Below, piece after piece: positions 25,573 to 35,478 of a stretch of DNA of 64,000 nucleotides (the first letter of the stretch is position 1; each line of letters begins with the position of its first letter). This DNA comes from Acidimicrobiales bacterium. Lineage in GTDB: Bacteria > Actinomycetota > Acidimicrobiia > Acidimicrobiales > Acidimicrobilacustridaceae. The DNA is taken from positions 904 through 64,903 of the forward strand of contig JANZZE010000001.1 of NCBI GenBank assembly GCA_026419545.1, given 5' to 3'. The position numbers and the translations under genes were made by a program. Under the pieces are notes generated by a model. That model searched no databases and had not been told where the DNA came from. It worked only from the letters and a program-made list of their open reading frames with translations.

Positions 25573-26744
25573 CTACCGGGTACGGGTGTGGGAGTGGGTG
25601 AAGGAGCCTGATAGGCGGCCGGGTCTTGCGTCGGCGCGACGCGGGGAGCCGGAACCGTTGACAAGATCCGAGCCAGGATCTGCTCGACGGTCAACCCTTG
25701 TGCCAGCGCCTCATAGGACAGCACCAAGCGGTGTCGCAACACGTCTGGAGCGATGTCGAACACGTCCTGGGGTAGCGCATAGGTCCGGCCTCGCATCAAC
25801 GCAAGTGCTCGGGCGCCGGCAACAAGCCCGAGGCTGGCTCGAGGGCTGGCGCCGAAGCTGATCAAATCGACCAGTTCGGGAAGATTGAAAGACAGGGGAT
25901 CTCGAGTCGCCAGAACGAGACTCACCGCGTAATCGACCACGCCGTGGTCGACGTAGATCTGATCGGTTGCGTGCTGGAGTGCGACGAGATCATCGAGGGT
26001 GAGAATTTGTCGGGCCGACGGTGGGTTGACCCCCATTCGGTGAACGATCTCCATCTCCTCGACGGGGCTGGGGTAACCGATGACCACCTTCATGAGGAAT
26101 CGGTCGCGTTGGGCCTCAGGGAGCGGGTACACACCTTCGTGCTCAATGGGGTTCTGGGTCGCCAGCACGAGGAACGGCAGTGGCACCTCGAAGGTCTTGC
26201 CCGCAATCGACACCTGCTTTTCCGCCATGACCTCGAGAAGGGCGGACTGCACCTTGGCTGGGGCTCGGTTGATTTCGTCGGCCAACACGAAATTGGCGAA
26301 TACCGGCCCGAGTTCGATGTCGAACTGTTCCGTCGATCCGCGGTAGATGCGGGTGCCGACGATGTCTGCCGGCAGCATGTCCGGGGTGAACTGGAGGCGG
26401 GTGAAGGAGCCACCCACCACGGTCGCCAGCGTTTCCACGGCCAGCGTCTTGGCCAGACCGGGGACACCTTCGAGCAAGCAGTGACCGCCGGTGAGCAGAC
26501 AGACGAACATGCGCTCGATCGCGCGGTCTTGACCCACGATGACCTTCTTCATCTCCATGAGGGCCCGCTCGATGGAGCGAGCCGCTTCAGGCGATGGCGG
26601 TGATGCGCTCGTCGGTGGCGGTGTGGGAGCGCCGGAGACGTTGCTGTGGGCCTGGTCGACCAAAGGGGTGTTCGTCGGGGCTGGGGAGTCGGGCCGTATG
26701 GGTTCGGTGGGGCTCGGTTGTGACGGCGGTACGTCGTTGTTCAT
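25551..26744 (-). CDS. MoxR-family AAA+ ATPase with a Pro/Ser-rich N-terminal extension
   Basis: IVGQDRAIERMFVCLLTGGHCLLEGVPGLAKT (Walker A) and Walker B VLADEINRA. The first ~70 residues are low-complexity. Confidence 0.9.
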   Translation of the reverse strand: MNNDVPPSQPSPTEPIRPDSPAPTNTPLVDQAHSNVSGAPTPPPTSASPPSPEAARSIERALMEMKKVIVGQDRAIERMFVCLLTGGHCLLEGVPGLAKTLAVETLATVVGGSFTRLQFTPDMLPADIVGTRIYRGSTEQFDIELGPVFANFVLADEINRAPAKVQSALLEVMAEKQVSIAGKTFEVPLPFLVLATQNPIEHEGVYPLPEAQRDRFLMKVVIGYPSPVEEMEIVHRMGVNPPSARQILTLDDLVALQHATDQIYVDHGVVDYAVSLVLATRDPLSFNLPELVDLISFGASPRASLGLVAGARALALMRGRTYALPQDVFDIAPDVLRHRLVLSYEALAQGLTVEQILARILSTVPAPRVAPTQDPAAYQAPSPTPTPVPGSWAAPSH

Positions 26745-27023
26745 GGATCAGAGCTCCTCAAGAGCAAGCGAGTCGGCTGTGGGCGGCACTCAACCACGGC
26801 GCGCCGAAATCCACGATAAAGGCCCAACGCGCTCTACGGGCCCCGCCCCGCCAACATGGCGCAGATTTGGCGAGTCATGTACCGCGGGTCATTTACCACC
26901 TGTTTACGCGCTCGGCGCGAACGATGTGTGCGTGCAGGAAGCTCGTGAGCCGATGGTTGGCGAGCGACGAGGCCAGGACAGTGCGCCGGGGTGAGCACAG
27001 CGAGCGGCGATACCGTCAACGGC

Positions 27024-27707
27024 ATGCGTTTGTTGGTCGTCGACGACGAGGCAGAGCTTGCCGACGCCATTGCTCGCGGTCTCCGACGGGAGGGCTACGC
27101 GGTCGACGTGGCCTACGGCGGGGAGGAGGCGCTCGACAAGGTGGCAGTGAACGCGTACGACCTGCTCTGTCTCGACATCACGATGCCCGGCATTGACGGG
27201 CGAGAAGTGTGCCGGCGTATCCGGGCCGGCGAGACGCGCGAGCCGATGCCGCGAATTCTGATGCTCACCGCGCGAGATGCACTCGAAGACCGGGTCGCGG
27301 GGCTCGATGATGGGGCTGACGATTACCTGGTGAAGCCCTTTGCCTTCCCGGAGTTGAGTGCTCGGATCCGATCGCTGCTGCGGAGGGAGGCCTCGTCCTC
27401 GACCTCGCTGCTCCAGGTTGACGGCCTGGTCCTTGATACTGCTCGTCATCGTGCATGGCGAGGTGACCGGGAGCTCGACCTCACCGCGAAGGAGTTCGCG
27501 CTCCTGCGCTATTTCATGGCCAACGCGGGCAAGGTCCTGTCGCAAGAGATGTTGCTCGAGCACGTCTGGGATGAAAACGCTGACCCCTTCACCAACACGG
27601 TCCGCGTGACAGTGGGGACGTTGCGGCGCAAGCTGACTGCGGGAGGAGAACCGCAGATCATTGAGACGGTTATCGGCCGCGGCTACCGATTGATCGAGGC
27701 TGACTGA
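27024..27707 (+). CDS. OmpR/PhoB-family response regulator
   Basis: MRLLVVDDE...LDITMPGIDG receiver domain and a winged-helix C-terminus (LTAKEFALLRYF...GRGYRL). An alternative GTG start lies at 26991. Confidence 0.9.
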   Translation: MRLLVVDDEAELADAIARGLRREGYAVDVAYGGEEALDKVAVNAYDLLCLDITMPGIDGREVCRRIRAGETREPMPRILMLTARDALEDRVAGLDDGADDYLVKPFAFPELSARIRSLLRREASSSTSLLQVDGLVLDTARHRAWRGDRELDLTAKEFALLRYFMANAGKVLSQEMLLEHVWDENADPFTNTVRVTVGTLRRKLTAGGEPQIIETVIGRGYRLIEAD

Positions 27708-27710
27708 CCA

Positions 27711-28952
27711 GTGGACGGAGTGATGGCTACGGGGAACCAGTCGACTGGTCCGATCCGGCGTTGGGAGCTTGCTGCGGGAGCACTTCCATCCTGGATGGGC
27801 TCGATCCGGTTCCGCCTCACCCTCATCTACTCCGTCGTGTTGTTCGGTTTGGCGATGCTCGTCGTCGGCGCGATCTACGCGGGGTTGGCCCGGTCACTCA
27901 GCGATGAACAGATCTACAAGACCTATCCGGCGGTCTGGGTCAATGAGTTCGGCGAGATCGTTGCAATCGGTGAGAAGCAGATCCGTGATCACGCCCGAGA
28001 GATCGAACATCAGGCCAACCAGCGAGCACTCGAGACGTACCGCACATATTCGTTCGCGACGTTGCTGGGGTTGTTCGGGGCGAGTCTGGGGGTTGGATGG
28101 GTGGTGTCGGGCCGGGTGTTGCGGCCGATCGGCCACATAACCGCCGTGGCCCGCGAGATCCAGGCAACCGATCTGGGTCGTCGCATCCGGCTCGATGGCC
28201 CGCCGGATGAACTGAAGGACCTGGCTGACACGTTCGACGAGATGCTCGACCGGATCCAAGAAGGCTTCGACGAGCAACGTCGCTTCATTCATGAGGCTTC
28301 GCACGAGTTGCGCAACCCGCTGGCGGTCATGCGGACCAACTTGGAGGTGACTCTGGCTGATCCCGCGGCACCGCCAGAAGAGTTGCGTCACACGCTTGAG
28401 GTGTGTGAGCGATCGACGGACCGGATGACTCGACTCGTCGATGACTTGTTGCTGTATGCCCGCCGGGGGTCGACGGCGCGGGTCACCGAACCAGTCGATC
28501 TCTCGGCGATCGCGAGGGAAGGGGCGCTCGAGTTCCGTGCACCGGCGGATGCGCGGGGTCTCGGGATCGTCCTCGACCTCTCAGGTCCGGTCGTCGTCAT
28601 CGCGGACCGCCACGCGCTCCGGCAAGCACTGGCCAATTTGTTGGCCAACGCGGTACGGCTCGCACCCGAGGGGTCAAAGGTCACGATCTCGACCGGGGTC
28701 GACGGACCGTGGGCCTGGCTTGCGGTGTCCGACGAAGGGCCTGGGATCGCGCCCGAGAATCAGAGCCGGGTGTTCCAGAGGTTCTTCCGAGGAGATGAAG
28801 ACGACGCGTCCTCATCCGGCCGAAGCGGTCTGGGGCTGACCATCGTTCGGCAGATCGCTGAGTCTCATGGCGGGACGGTCCGTCTCGTGTCACAGCTCGG
28901 GGTCGGATCGACCTTCGCTATCTGGCTTCCGGTCGGCGCACCTGGCGGGTAG
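27711..28952 (+). CDS. Sensor histidine kinase (two TM segments, HAMP, HisKA, HATPase_c)
   Basis: H-box FIHEASHELRNPL, N-box LANLLANAVR and G-boxes DEGPGI / GLGLTIV. It starts 4 nt after the regulator gene ends. Confidence 0.9.
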   Translation: MDGVMATGNQSTGPIRRWELAAGALPSWMGSIRFRLTLIYSVVLFGLAMLVVGAIYAGLARSLSDEQIYKTYPAVWVNEFGEIVAIGEKQIRDHAREIEHQANQRALETYRTYSFATLLGLFGASLGVGWVVSGRVLRPIGHITAVAREIQATDLGRRIRLDGPPDELKDLADTFDEMLDRIQEGFDEQRRFIHEASHELRNPLAVMRTNLEVTLADPAAPPEELRHTLEVCERSTDRMTRLVDDLLLYARRGSTARVTEPVDLSAIAREGALEFRAPADARGLGIVLDLSGPVVVIADRHALRQALANLLANAVRLAPEGSKVTISTGVDGPWAWLAVSDEGPGIAPENQSRVFQRFFRGDEDDASSSGRSGLGLTIVRQIAESHGGTVRLVSQLGVGSTFAIWLPVGAPGG

Positions 28953-29078
28953 CGAGGTCGGGGGCGATGGCGCCGGAAGCCGCGTGGTCGAAGCATGACG
29001 AGACGATCCGCATGGCGAAGGCGCAACCCGGTTTGGCGCACGGCGCGAAGTCTTTGGTGTGACGATCGTTTTTTGCTT

Positions 29079-29103
29079 GGGACTTCCGTTCTTTACTTCG
29101 GTT
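29079..29103 (+). promoter_or_regulatory. Candidate ECF-sigma-type promoter upstream of the HtrA-like gene
   Basis: GGGAC, 17 nt, GTT resembles the GGAAC-N16-17-GTT class of ECF (SigE-type) promoters. It lies about 55 nt before the ATG in a locally AT-richer stretch. This is pattern-based only. Confidence 0.25.
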
Positions 29104-29156
29104 TTCGCTGGAAGTTCGTATCGTGAGCTCAGATCGAGGTTTGAAGGACGTACGCG

Positions 29157-30449
29157 ATGTCAGCTTCGCTGTGGAACAGGACAGGGTCTGATTCCCCGAG
29201 GTCTGAATGGCCTCATCGCTCGTCGCTACATCCGCCAGTGAACGACGAGACGCCGACCGCTGGTGTCGATCCAGGGACGAGCCATTCGTCATACGGTGTC
29301 CGACCAGTTGCTGGTCTCAACGCCAGTCCGTTCGAGTGGCCCCGGTCCACAGCGGCCACTGGGGTCCCGACGCCACCGCCCCCACCCCCAACCGCTTCCT
29401 CTCCTCCTCCCACCCGGCGAGGGGGTGGGGGACGGGTGGTCGCCGCGGTTGCCTTGTCGGCCGGCTTGATCGCGACAGGCTGGTTTGCGAGCGAGGTCAC
29501 CAGAAACCTGCGCTCCACGGGAACGCTTGCACCGTCCGCTACCAATCAGGAGGCGACGCCGATCGTTGCCGGGGATGCGTCCGAGCCGGCCGCGGAGGTG
29601 GCCAAGGTGCTCAGTCCTTCGGTGGTGCAGATCGAGAACGGCGATGGGCTCGGGTCGGGGGTTATCTACACTGCGGACGGCTTGATCCTGACCAACGCAC
29701 ACGTCGTGGGATCCAGTCGGACCGTCAAGGTCAGGCTCTCTGACGGTTCGGTCAGCACGGGTCGCGTGCTGGGCACTGACGTGTCCTCGGATGTCGCTGT
29801 CGTCGATATCGATCGTTCGGGGCTGACTCCGGCCCGGTTGGCTGAAGATCCCCCCGTTGTCGGACAGATGGCGATCGCTCTTGGGAGCCCCTTCGGCCTG
29901 CAGTCGACCGTCACCGCTGGCATCGTGAGCGCGGTCGACCGGCCAGTGAGTGGCGAGACCGGTGTCGCTGTCAACATGATCCAGACGGACGCGCCGATCA
30001 ACCCAGGCAACTCGGGAGGTGCACTGGCGAATCGACGTGGTGAAGTCATCGGGATCAACGCATCGATCTTCAGTCGTTCGGGCGACAACAGCGGAATTGG
30101 TTTTGCGATCCCGATCCAAACCGCGAAGACCATTGCCGACAAGATCCAGCGGGGCGAATCTCTCGCGAAGGGCTATCTGGGGGTGGAGACTCGGCCTACC
30201 AGCACTGATGGCCGAGCTGGCGCGCAGATCGCACGCGTATTGGTCGGCACGCCAGCTGACAAGGCCGGGCTCGAACCTGGCGATCTCATCACTGCGATCG
30301 ACGGGAATCCGGTGAAGAACCCGACGGACCTGTCGGCTCGAATCGCAGGCCACAGCCCCGGTGACCGGGTCGTGCTCGAAGTCGATCGCGGTGGTCAGAC
30401 CCGGACCATCGAGGTCGAGCTGACCGCAAAGCCTGGAGTAGGCGGCTGA
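29157..30449 (+). CDS. HtrA/DegP-family (PepD-like) trypsin-like serine protease with a PDZ domain
   Basis: Pro-rich linker and a TM segment, then the catalytic motifs TNAHVV, an Asp, and GNSGGAL. A C-terminal PDZ domain follows (GAQIARVLVGTPADKAGLEPGDLI). Confidence 0.9.
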   Translation: MSASLWNRTGSDSPRSEWPHRSSLHPPVNDETPTAGVDPGTSHSSYGVRPVAGLNASPFEWPRSTAATGVPTPPPPPPTASSPPPTRRGGGGRVVAAVALSAGLIATGWFASEVTRNLRSTGTLAPSATNQEATPIVAGDASEPAAEVAKVLSPSVVQIENGDGLGSGVIYTADGLILTNAHVVGSSRTVKVRLSDGSVSTGRVLGTDVSSDVAVVDIDRSGLTPARLAEDPPVVGQMAIALGSPFGLQSTVTAGIVSAVDRPVSGETGVAVNMIQTDAPINPGNSGGALANRRGEVIGINASIFSRSGDNSGIGFAIPIQTAKTIADKIQRGESLAKGYLGVETRPTSTDGRAGAQIARVLVGTPADKAGLEPGDLITAIDGNPVKNPTDLSARIAGHSPGDRVVLEVDRGGQTRTIEVELTAKPGVGG

Positions 30450-30559
30450 GCTGTCGTCAAGCCGACGAGCGCATCTCCTCGTGGAGTTGGGGGTTTGGAG
30501 TAGGTCGGCCGGCGGTCGAAGCGTCTGCGGCTAGTCGCGGTGGATAGGCTGCTTCGACC

Positions 30560-31852
30560 ATGGAAATCCTTCTGCTCGCCGCTTTTTTGGCAGTGATTCT
30601 CGGCGTCACTGCAGGACTCGTCGTCAAGCGTCGGCGTCGGCTTCCGCTTGAGCCACCTCCCGAAGCACGAGTTGGCCTGCCTGAAGAGATCAAGCAGGAC
30701 GTCGCCCAACGCAAGGCCGAGATGATCGACCGCATTGAGGAGCGGGAACGCCTTGAACGGGAAGCAGCTGAAGCCGTCTCGGCTGCGGCGGCGGGGGAGG
30801 CGATCGCTGTTCCGCAAGGGGCTGACGGGGCGACCGGGCTCGAAGGGTCAGCAGGGTCGGCACCAACCGCCGAGGCCGGTCCGAACGAAGAACTCGTGTC
30901 GGAGGTGTTGCCGGATAGGCACCAAGAGATCCCGGCAGAGGCCCCGACGGTGCCCGTCAAACCTCGATTCCGTGACCGTCTTGCCAAAGCACGAGAGAAG
31001 TTGGCTGGGGTGTTCGGTGCCCTGCGCCGGAGCAAGATCGACGATGAGACCTGGGAGGAGCTCGAGTACGCACTGATAGGTGCCGACGTCGGTGTTGAGG
31101 CGACGCAGGAACTGCTCGATCATCTGCGGGAACGGGTCCGGGCCGAAGGCATGACGGAGGGCTCCGAACTGCTCGATGCACTCAAAGGCGAGATGAAGAC
31201 ACGACTGTCGGGGTATGACAGAGAGCTCCACCATGCGGAGACCAGCCCATCGGTGTGGTTGTTCGTCGGAGTTAACGGGGTTGGAAAGACCACCACAATT
31301 GGCAAGGTCGCCAAGCGCGAGATCGACGCGGGCAGGACGGTCGTGATGGCGGCCGGGGATACCTTCCGGGCTGCAGCAGCCGAGCAACTCGAGACGTGGG
31401 CTGATCGCGTTGGCGCGGAGTGCGTGCGCGGCAACGAAGGGGGGGATCCGAGCGCAGTTATTTACGACGCAGTCGAGCGTGCGGCCGCGATCAACGCTGA
31501 TGTCGTGTTGGCCGACACTGCGGGCCGGCTCCACACCAAAGTCAACCTGATGGAGGAGTTGCGCAAGGTGCGACGCGTCGCGGAGAAAGGCGCCGGCACC
31601 GTCAGCGAGGTGTTGCTGGTGCTCGACGCAACGACGGGGCAGAACGGCCTTGTCCAAGCCCAGCAGTTCACCGAGGCGGTGGACCTCACCGGCGTGGTGC
31701 TCACCAAGCTCGACGGGTCGGCCAAGGGCGGCATCATCTTCGCAATTCAGGAGAAGCTCGGGATCCCAGTCAAGCTCGTCGGCTTAGGTGAAACCGTTGA
31801 TGATCTCGTTCCCTTCGATCCCGACGAGTTCGTCGAGGCTCTTTTTGCATGA
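30560..31852 (+). CDS. ftsY: Signal recognition particle receptor FtsY
   Basis: N-terminal TM segment and acidic region, then an NG domain with GVNGVGKTTT and DTAGRLH. Confidence 0.93.
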   Translation: MEILLLAAFLAVILGVTAGLVVKRRRRLPLEPPPEARVGLPEEIKQDVAQRKAEMIDRIEERERLEREAAEAVSAAAAGEAIAVPQGADGATGLEGSAGSAPTAEAGPNEELVSEVLPDRHQEIPAEAPTVPVKPRFRDRLAKAREKLAGVFGALRRSKIDDETWEELEYALIGADVGVEATQELLDHLRERVRAEGMTEGSELLDALKGEMKTRLSGYDRELHHAETSPSVWLFVGVNGVGKTTTIGKVAKREIDAGRTVVMAAGDTFRAAAAEQLETWADRVGAECVRGNEGGDPSAVIYDAVERAAAINADVVLADTAGRLHTKVNLMEELRKVRRVAEKGAGTVSEVLLVLDATTGQNGLVQAQQFTEAVDLTGVVLTKLDGSAKGGIIFAIQEKLGIPVKLVGLGETVDDLVPFDPDEFVEALFA

Positions 31853-31973
31853 ACTCCCTCAACCCCCCTTCGGGTGATGTTCTCGCCTCATCGAGGGAGA
31901 ACCTCATCCGTCAGCCGGGGGTGGTCATGTCAACGCGAGACGCGGTCGCCTTATCTGTACGTGGAGGTTTGTC

Positions 31974-32594
31974 GTGTTCTTGATCAGGATTTTGTTGCTG
32001 CCCTTCAGACTGGCGTTGAGACTGCTTGGGGTATCGGTCCGGCTCGGCTATCGGGTAGGTCGTGCACCGGTGATGGTCAGCAGCCGTGCTGCTCGCTTGA
32101 TGGGCTGGAAAGGCACGATCCTCTTCGGTTCTGGTCTGGTCCTGGGCTTGTTGATTGCGCCCTGGCCGGGCCGCCAGCTCCGAGACCGACTTCGCGACGT
32201 GTTCACCCGACGTGGGCTCTCGGACGACGAGTTGGCAGAAAAGGTGGCCTTTGAATTGAGCCACTCACCTCGGACCTGGCACCTGCCCCAACCGAGTCTC
32301 AATGTCCTTGGGGGCAGGGTGATCCTGAAGGGTGAGGTTCCCCACGTTGAGGGGCGTGCTGAGCTCGAGCGGGTCGCGGCCTGCGTTCCTGGGGTCTTGG
32401 ACGTCGACAATCAGTTGATCGTCGCAACCACCGAATCGCCTGGCCCAGCTGGTACGAGAGAGGTTCCCACAACAGGCGAAGGCGACCAGGCTGGCGATCA
32501 CCTCAGACGCGACGATCGACCCGGTGAGAGCCTAACCGACGGCGCTCGTCCTGGCAGCCGGAATGGCGATGCGGGTGCAGACGCCGACGCCTGA
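31974..32594 (+). CDS. BON-domain membrane protein
   Basis: N-terminal hydrophobic segments, then VILKGEVPHVEGRAELERVAACVPGVLDVDNQL, which is BON-domain-like. Confidence 0.6.
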   Translation: MFLIRILLLPFRLALRLLGVSVRLGYRVGRAPVMVSSRAARLMGWKGTILFGSGLVLGLLIAPWPGRQLRDRLRDVFTRRGLSDDELAEKVAFELSHSPRTWHLPQPSLNVLGGRVILKGEVPHVEGRAELERVAACVPGVLDVDNQLIVATTESPGPAGTREVPTTGEGDQAGDHLRRDDRPGESLTDGARPGSRNGDAGADADA

Positions 32595-32707
32595 CCCTCC
32601 CTCACCGAGGCCTCGGGGTGAGATCTACCGGAGTCGGAGCGTACCAGCCGGGCCCTCGACGAGCTCGGGTCTTTCCGGGTTCGTGGCGCGGGTAGCATCA
32701 AGGTTTC

Positions 32708-34252
32708 ATGTTCGAAGCACTCTCTGACCGGCTCGAGGGCATCTTCGCTCGTATCCGGGGTCGGGGTCGCCTCAGCGAGGACGACGTTGACGAAGTCCTG
32801 AGGGAGATCCGGCTCGCTCTGCTCGAAGCCGACGTCAACTTTCGCGTCGTCAAGAACTTCATTGCCCGAGTTCGGGAGGATTTGGTCGGCTCGGAGCTGA
32901 GCAAGGCGCTCAACCCGTTCCAACAGGTCGTTCAGGCCGTTCACCGGGAACTGATCAACACGCTCGGGGGGGAGACCCTTCGCATCACCTACGCCTCTAG
33001 GCCGCCAACGGTCGTGCTCATGGCTGGCCTACAGGGCTCGGGTAAGACGACGAACTCGGCCAAGCTCGCCCGCTGGTTCAAGAGCCAGGGTCGCAATCCC
33101 TTGCTCGTGGGGGCCGACCTGCAGCGGCCTGCGGCAGTTGAACAGCTGCGGACGCTTGGCAACCAGATCGAAGTTCCAGTTTTCAGCGAGCCGACTGACC
33201 CGGTGTCGGTAGCGCGTGCCGGTCTTGCTGAAGCTCGCCGATTGGGCCGTGACGTGGTCATCGTCGACACTGCCGGTCGGCTCGCGATCGACCAGGAGAT
33301 GATGGAGCAAGTCCGTCAAATCTCCGAGGCCGTTCAGCCGCATTACACGTTCCTCGTCATCGACGCGATGACCGGTCAGGATGCGGTGAACACGGCCGAG
33401 GCGTTCCACGCCACTCTCGAACTCGACGGGGTGATCCTCACCAAGCTAGATGGCGATGCACGCGGCGGCGCCGCGCTGTCGGTCAAAGAGGTGGTCGGCA
33501 AGCCGATCGCGTTTGCCTCGACCGGCGAGAAGCTCAAGGACTTCGATCTCTTCCACCCTGACCGGTTGGCTGGGCGCATCCTCGGCATGGGTGATGTGCT
33601 CACCCTCATCGAGAAGGCAGAGGCGGTCTACGAGAAGGAGCAAGCCGAAGAGGCCGCCGCGAAACTCATCGAAGGTCAGTTCACCCTTGAGGACTTCCTC
33701 GAGCAGATGCAGCAGGTCAAGAAGATGGGCAGCTTGACCAGTCTCATGAAACTGCTGCCGGGTGTCCCCAAGGAGTTGCGCAATCAGGAAATCGACGACC
33801 GAGAGCTGACAAAGGTCGAGGCGATCATCTACTCGATGACCCCGCAGGAGCGGCGCCGGCCAGACTTGATCGACGCGTCGCGCCGGGCCCGTATCGCTGC
33901 AGGGTCCGGTACCCAGCCTCAAGATGTCGCCAATCTGCTGACCCAGTTCAAGCAGATGCAGCACATCATGAAGCAGTCGTTCGGCTTCGGTTCCAAGAAG
34001 ATGCGCAAGGCGCGAAAAGACGAGCGTAAGAAGAAGGGCACCGGAGCCGCCCGGTCTGGCACTGGGGGCCGCGTGACCCCGAAAGGGAGTGGCCGCGTGA
34101 CCCCGAAAGGAGGTGGTCGGGTGACGCCCAAGAAGCCGAAACTGGCCCTCCCCGGCCTCCAAGACGACGGGTTGCCCGCTGGTTTCGGCGAGTTGATGGG
34201 GGAGGCAGGCGGGGGCCTCGGGGGTTTCGACAACTTCCCTGGCGCTCGCTGA
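32708..34252 (+). CDS. ffh: Signal recognition particle protein Ffh with a basic repeat tail
   Basis: GLQGSGKTTN, DTAGRL and a Met-rich M domain. The C-terminal tail carries GRVTPKG three times. Confidence 0.95.
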   Translation: MFEALSDRLEGIFARIRGRGRLSEDDVDEVLREIRLALLEADVNFRVVKNFIARVREDLVGSELSKALNPFQQVVQAVHRELINTLGGETLRITYASRPPTVVLMAGLQGSGKTTNSAKLARWFKSQGRNPLLVGADLQRPAAVEQLRTLGNQIEVPVFSEPTDPVSVARAGLAEARRLGRDVVIVDTAGRLAIDQEMMEQVRQISEAVQPHYTFLVIDAMTGQDAVNTAEAFHATLELDGVILTKLDGDARGGAALSVKEVVGKPIAFASTGEKLKDFDLFHPDRLAGRILGMGDVLTLIEKAEAVYEKEQAEEAAAKLIEGQFTLEDFLEQMQQVKKMGSLTSLMKLLPGVPKELRNQEIDDRELTKVEAIIYSMTPQERRRPDLIDASRRARIAAGSGTQPQDVANLLTQFKQMQHIMKQSFGFGSKKMRKARKDERKKKGTGAARSGTGGRVTPKGSGRVTPKGGGRVTPKKPKLALPGLQDDGLPAGFGELMGEAGGGLGGFDNFPGAR

Positions 34253-34348
34253 TTCTTTCTGGGTTTGCTCCGGCTCGCCGATGCGGGCACCATTGAGGGC
34301 CGTTTTCGGCTGTGCGTCAACGTTCGACCAGAGGAATCGAGAACCACC

Positions 34349-34618
34349 GTGGTAAAGCTCCGTCTGATGCGGATGGGCAAGAAGAAGCAACCGACCTATC
34401 GCATCGTCGCGACCGACTCCCGCTCCCCCCGTGACGGCCGGTTCATCGAGATCATCGGCCATTACGACCCGCGGAGGGAACCGTCTGCGATCGCCATCGA
34501 CAATGACAAGGCCGTCGCCTGGCTCCGGAGGGGTGCACAGCCGACCGACACGGTCGAGCGGCTCCTGAAGATCTCCGGCGCTTGGGACGAGTTCAAGGGA
34601 ACGAAGGCGGCGTCGTGA
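34349..34618 (+). CDS. rpsP: 30S ribosomal protein S16
   Basis: A GTG start gives (M)[33 protein letters not shown], the canonical S16 N-terminus. Confidence 0.9.
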   Translation: MVKLRLMRMGKKKQPTYRIVATDSRSPRDGRFIEIIGHYDPRREPSAIAIDNDKAVAWLRRGAQPTDTVERLLKISGAWDEFKGTKAAS

Positions 34619-34938
34619 CGGAAGGTCCTGTGGGCGGGACGACCGACGATCCCGATGCCGACGAGCTCGACGAGGTCGATCACCACAACCGCGTCCCGGC
34701 GGCAACGGCGCGCAATGTGCTCGAGTACCTCGTGCGTGAGCTTGTCGATGATCCCGATTCGGTTCGCATCGAAGTTGATGAGTCACGGCGCAAGCCGCAG
34801 TTGAACGTCTATGTGGCCCAAGGTGACATGGGGCGGGTCATAGGCAAGCGCGGCCGGGTCGCCCAAGCGATTCGGCAGGTCGTTCGGGCAGCTGCGGTCA
34901 AGGACGGCACAGACGTCGACATCGAGTTCGTCGACTGA
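34615..34938 (+). CDS. KH-domain RNA-binding protein (YlqC family)
   Basis: [17 protein letters not shown] is the KH GxxG motif. The GTGA overlaps the rpsP stop. It sits in the conserved position between rpsP and rimM. Confidence 0.8.
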   Translation: MTEGPVGGTTDDPDADELDEVDHHNRVPAATARNVLEYLVRELVDDPDSVRIEVDESRRKPQLNVYVAQGDMGRVIGKRGRVAQAIRQVVRAAAVKDGTDVDIEFVD

Positions 34939-34959
34939 TCCAGGTTCTGGTCGGGCACG

Positions 34960-35469
34960 GTGCTGCTCGAGGTCGGACGTATCGACAAGCCGCACGGTCT
35001 GCGTGGTGAAGTGGTTGTCCGCTTCACAACCAACAATTTGGACCGGGTGAAACCAGGTGCGCGTCTGGAGTCAGAGCAGGGGACCCTGGTCGTGGTCGCG
35101 GCCCGCCGGCACAATGAGCGTTGGATCGTACGGTTTGAAGGATTCGCTGACCGGAATGCGGCTGAGGCTCTGCGCGGTCTGGTGCTGCGAGCAGAGCCCG
35201 GGCCGCGTGGCGACGAACTTTGGGTTCACGAACTGATCGGTTCCACCGTCGTCGAGGTTGATGGAACCGTTCGGGGAACCGTGATCGCGGTGGTCGACAA
35301 CCCAGCGAGCGATCTGCTCGAACTGGACTCAGGGGCTCTGGTTCCCCTCACCTTCGTGACCGATCAGACCCGCCCGGGGCGTATCGTCGTCGACGTCCCC
35401 GCTGGACTGTTCGACGACGCCGAAGATGAGCCGAAGGATGACCGGCCAAGGCGTCGCGCGAGTTCCTGA
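34960..35469 (+). CDS. rimM: 16S rRNA processing protein RimM
   Basis: VGRIDKPHGLRGEVVV N-terminus, followed by a PRC barrel. The position is conserved. Confidence 0.88.
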   Translation: MLLEVGRIDKPHGLRGEVVVRFTTNNLDRVKPGARLESEQGTLVVVAARRHNERWIVRFEGFADRNAAEALRGLVLRAEPGPRGDELWVHELIGSTVVEVDGTVRGTVIAVVDNPASDLLELDSGALVPLTFVTDQTRPGRIVVDVPAGLFDDAEDEPKDDRPRRRASS

Positions 35470-35478
35470 GCCCCCGCT

